Assembly: GCF_006345805.1 (NCBI RefSeq) | Contig: NC_043025.1 | Span: 11,718,001-11,782,000, forward strand | From: Octopus sinensis | Lineage: Eukaryota | Length of the DNA stretch: 64,000 nucleotides | Reading direction: 5' to 3' | In this document: positions 63,526 to 64,000 of the stretch, piece by piece | Layout: each line of letters opens with the position of its first letter | Position numbering within the stretch: the stretch's first letter is position 1 | Program-made: the position numbers and the translations under genes | Notes under the pieces: model-generated | What the model saw: the letters and a program-made list of their open reading frames with translations, nothing else | Databases searched by the model: none | Told to the model about the DNA's origin: nothing

Positions 63526-64000
63526 AATTTGTTTCCATCATTTCCAGAGATTATGTAACGAAACCCTAAAACGAACCACAAAAATTCAAATATTTGGAAG
63601 AAAACCCCTTCCCTCATTCCTACCCCTTTCCCTATTCCCACCCCCAAAAACCCACAATATATTTGATTCTCTTTTCCTCTTTCTACCCTCTTGGGACCGA
63701 TGTTTACAACATGATGTGTTTCGATGGCGGTGTTATCGGGGTGGGGTGGGGTGTGGAGGAGAGGCAGTTGTTTTGGAAGAAAAAAACGGGGGTGGATTGA
63801 TAAAAAAAATAAGGGTGGCAGAACCACAAGAGCATGAGACAAAAATGCCATGAGATATTTCTTCAAGCTCTTTGCATTCAGAGTTCAATCCCCAGCGACG
63901 TCGACTTTGCTTTTCGTCCCTCTGGGACCAACAAATGATATATATGTGCGGCAGGAGGGGGGGTGACACATTGTTAGTGAATGCCCAAAATTGGTACAAT

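Overview
Eukaryotic, AT-rich, repeat-saturated genomic DNA, almost certainly from an octopus (inferred from the dense tRNA-derived SINE families, CR1/RTE/R4 LINE relics, hAT/pogo/Helitron/Penelope-like relics and long microsatellites). Most ORF-track entries are microsatellite or repeat artefacts. Manual splice reconstruction recovers two real loci. (1) Plus strand, ~9.7-13.9 kb: an apparently bicistronic unit. A 72-aa SMIM4/UQCC5 (sloth1-like) ORF ends, and 128 nt later in the same predicted exon an 82-aa BRAWNIN/C12orf73/UQCC6 (sloth2-like) ORF begins. Both are mitochondrial complex III assembly microproteins. (2) Minus strand, ~54.1 kb to ~23.5 kb with an unresolved 3' end toward 18.6 kb: a DOK4/5/6-like PH + IRS-PTB docking protein, rebuilt from six phase-compatible exons. 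Other notable items: Penelope-type minimal hammerhead-like motifs (two in the SMIM4 intron), a ~93-bp inverted repeat beside the Dok exon-1 donor, and at least five unrelated transposon fragments independently expanded into tandem arrays. Family assignments rest on recalled motifs, not database searches.
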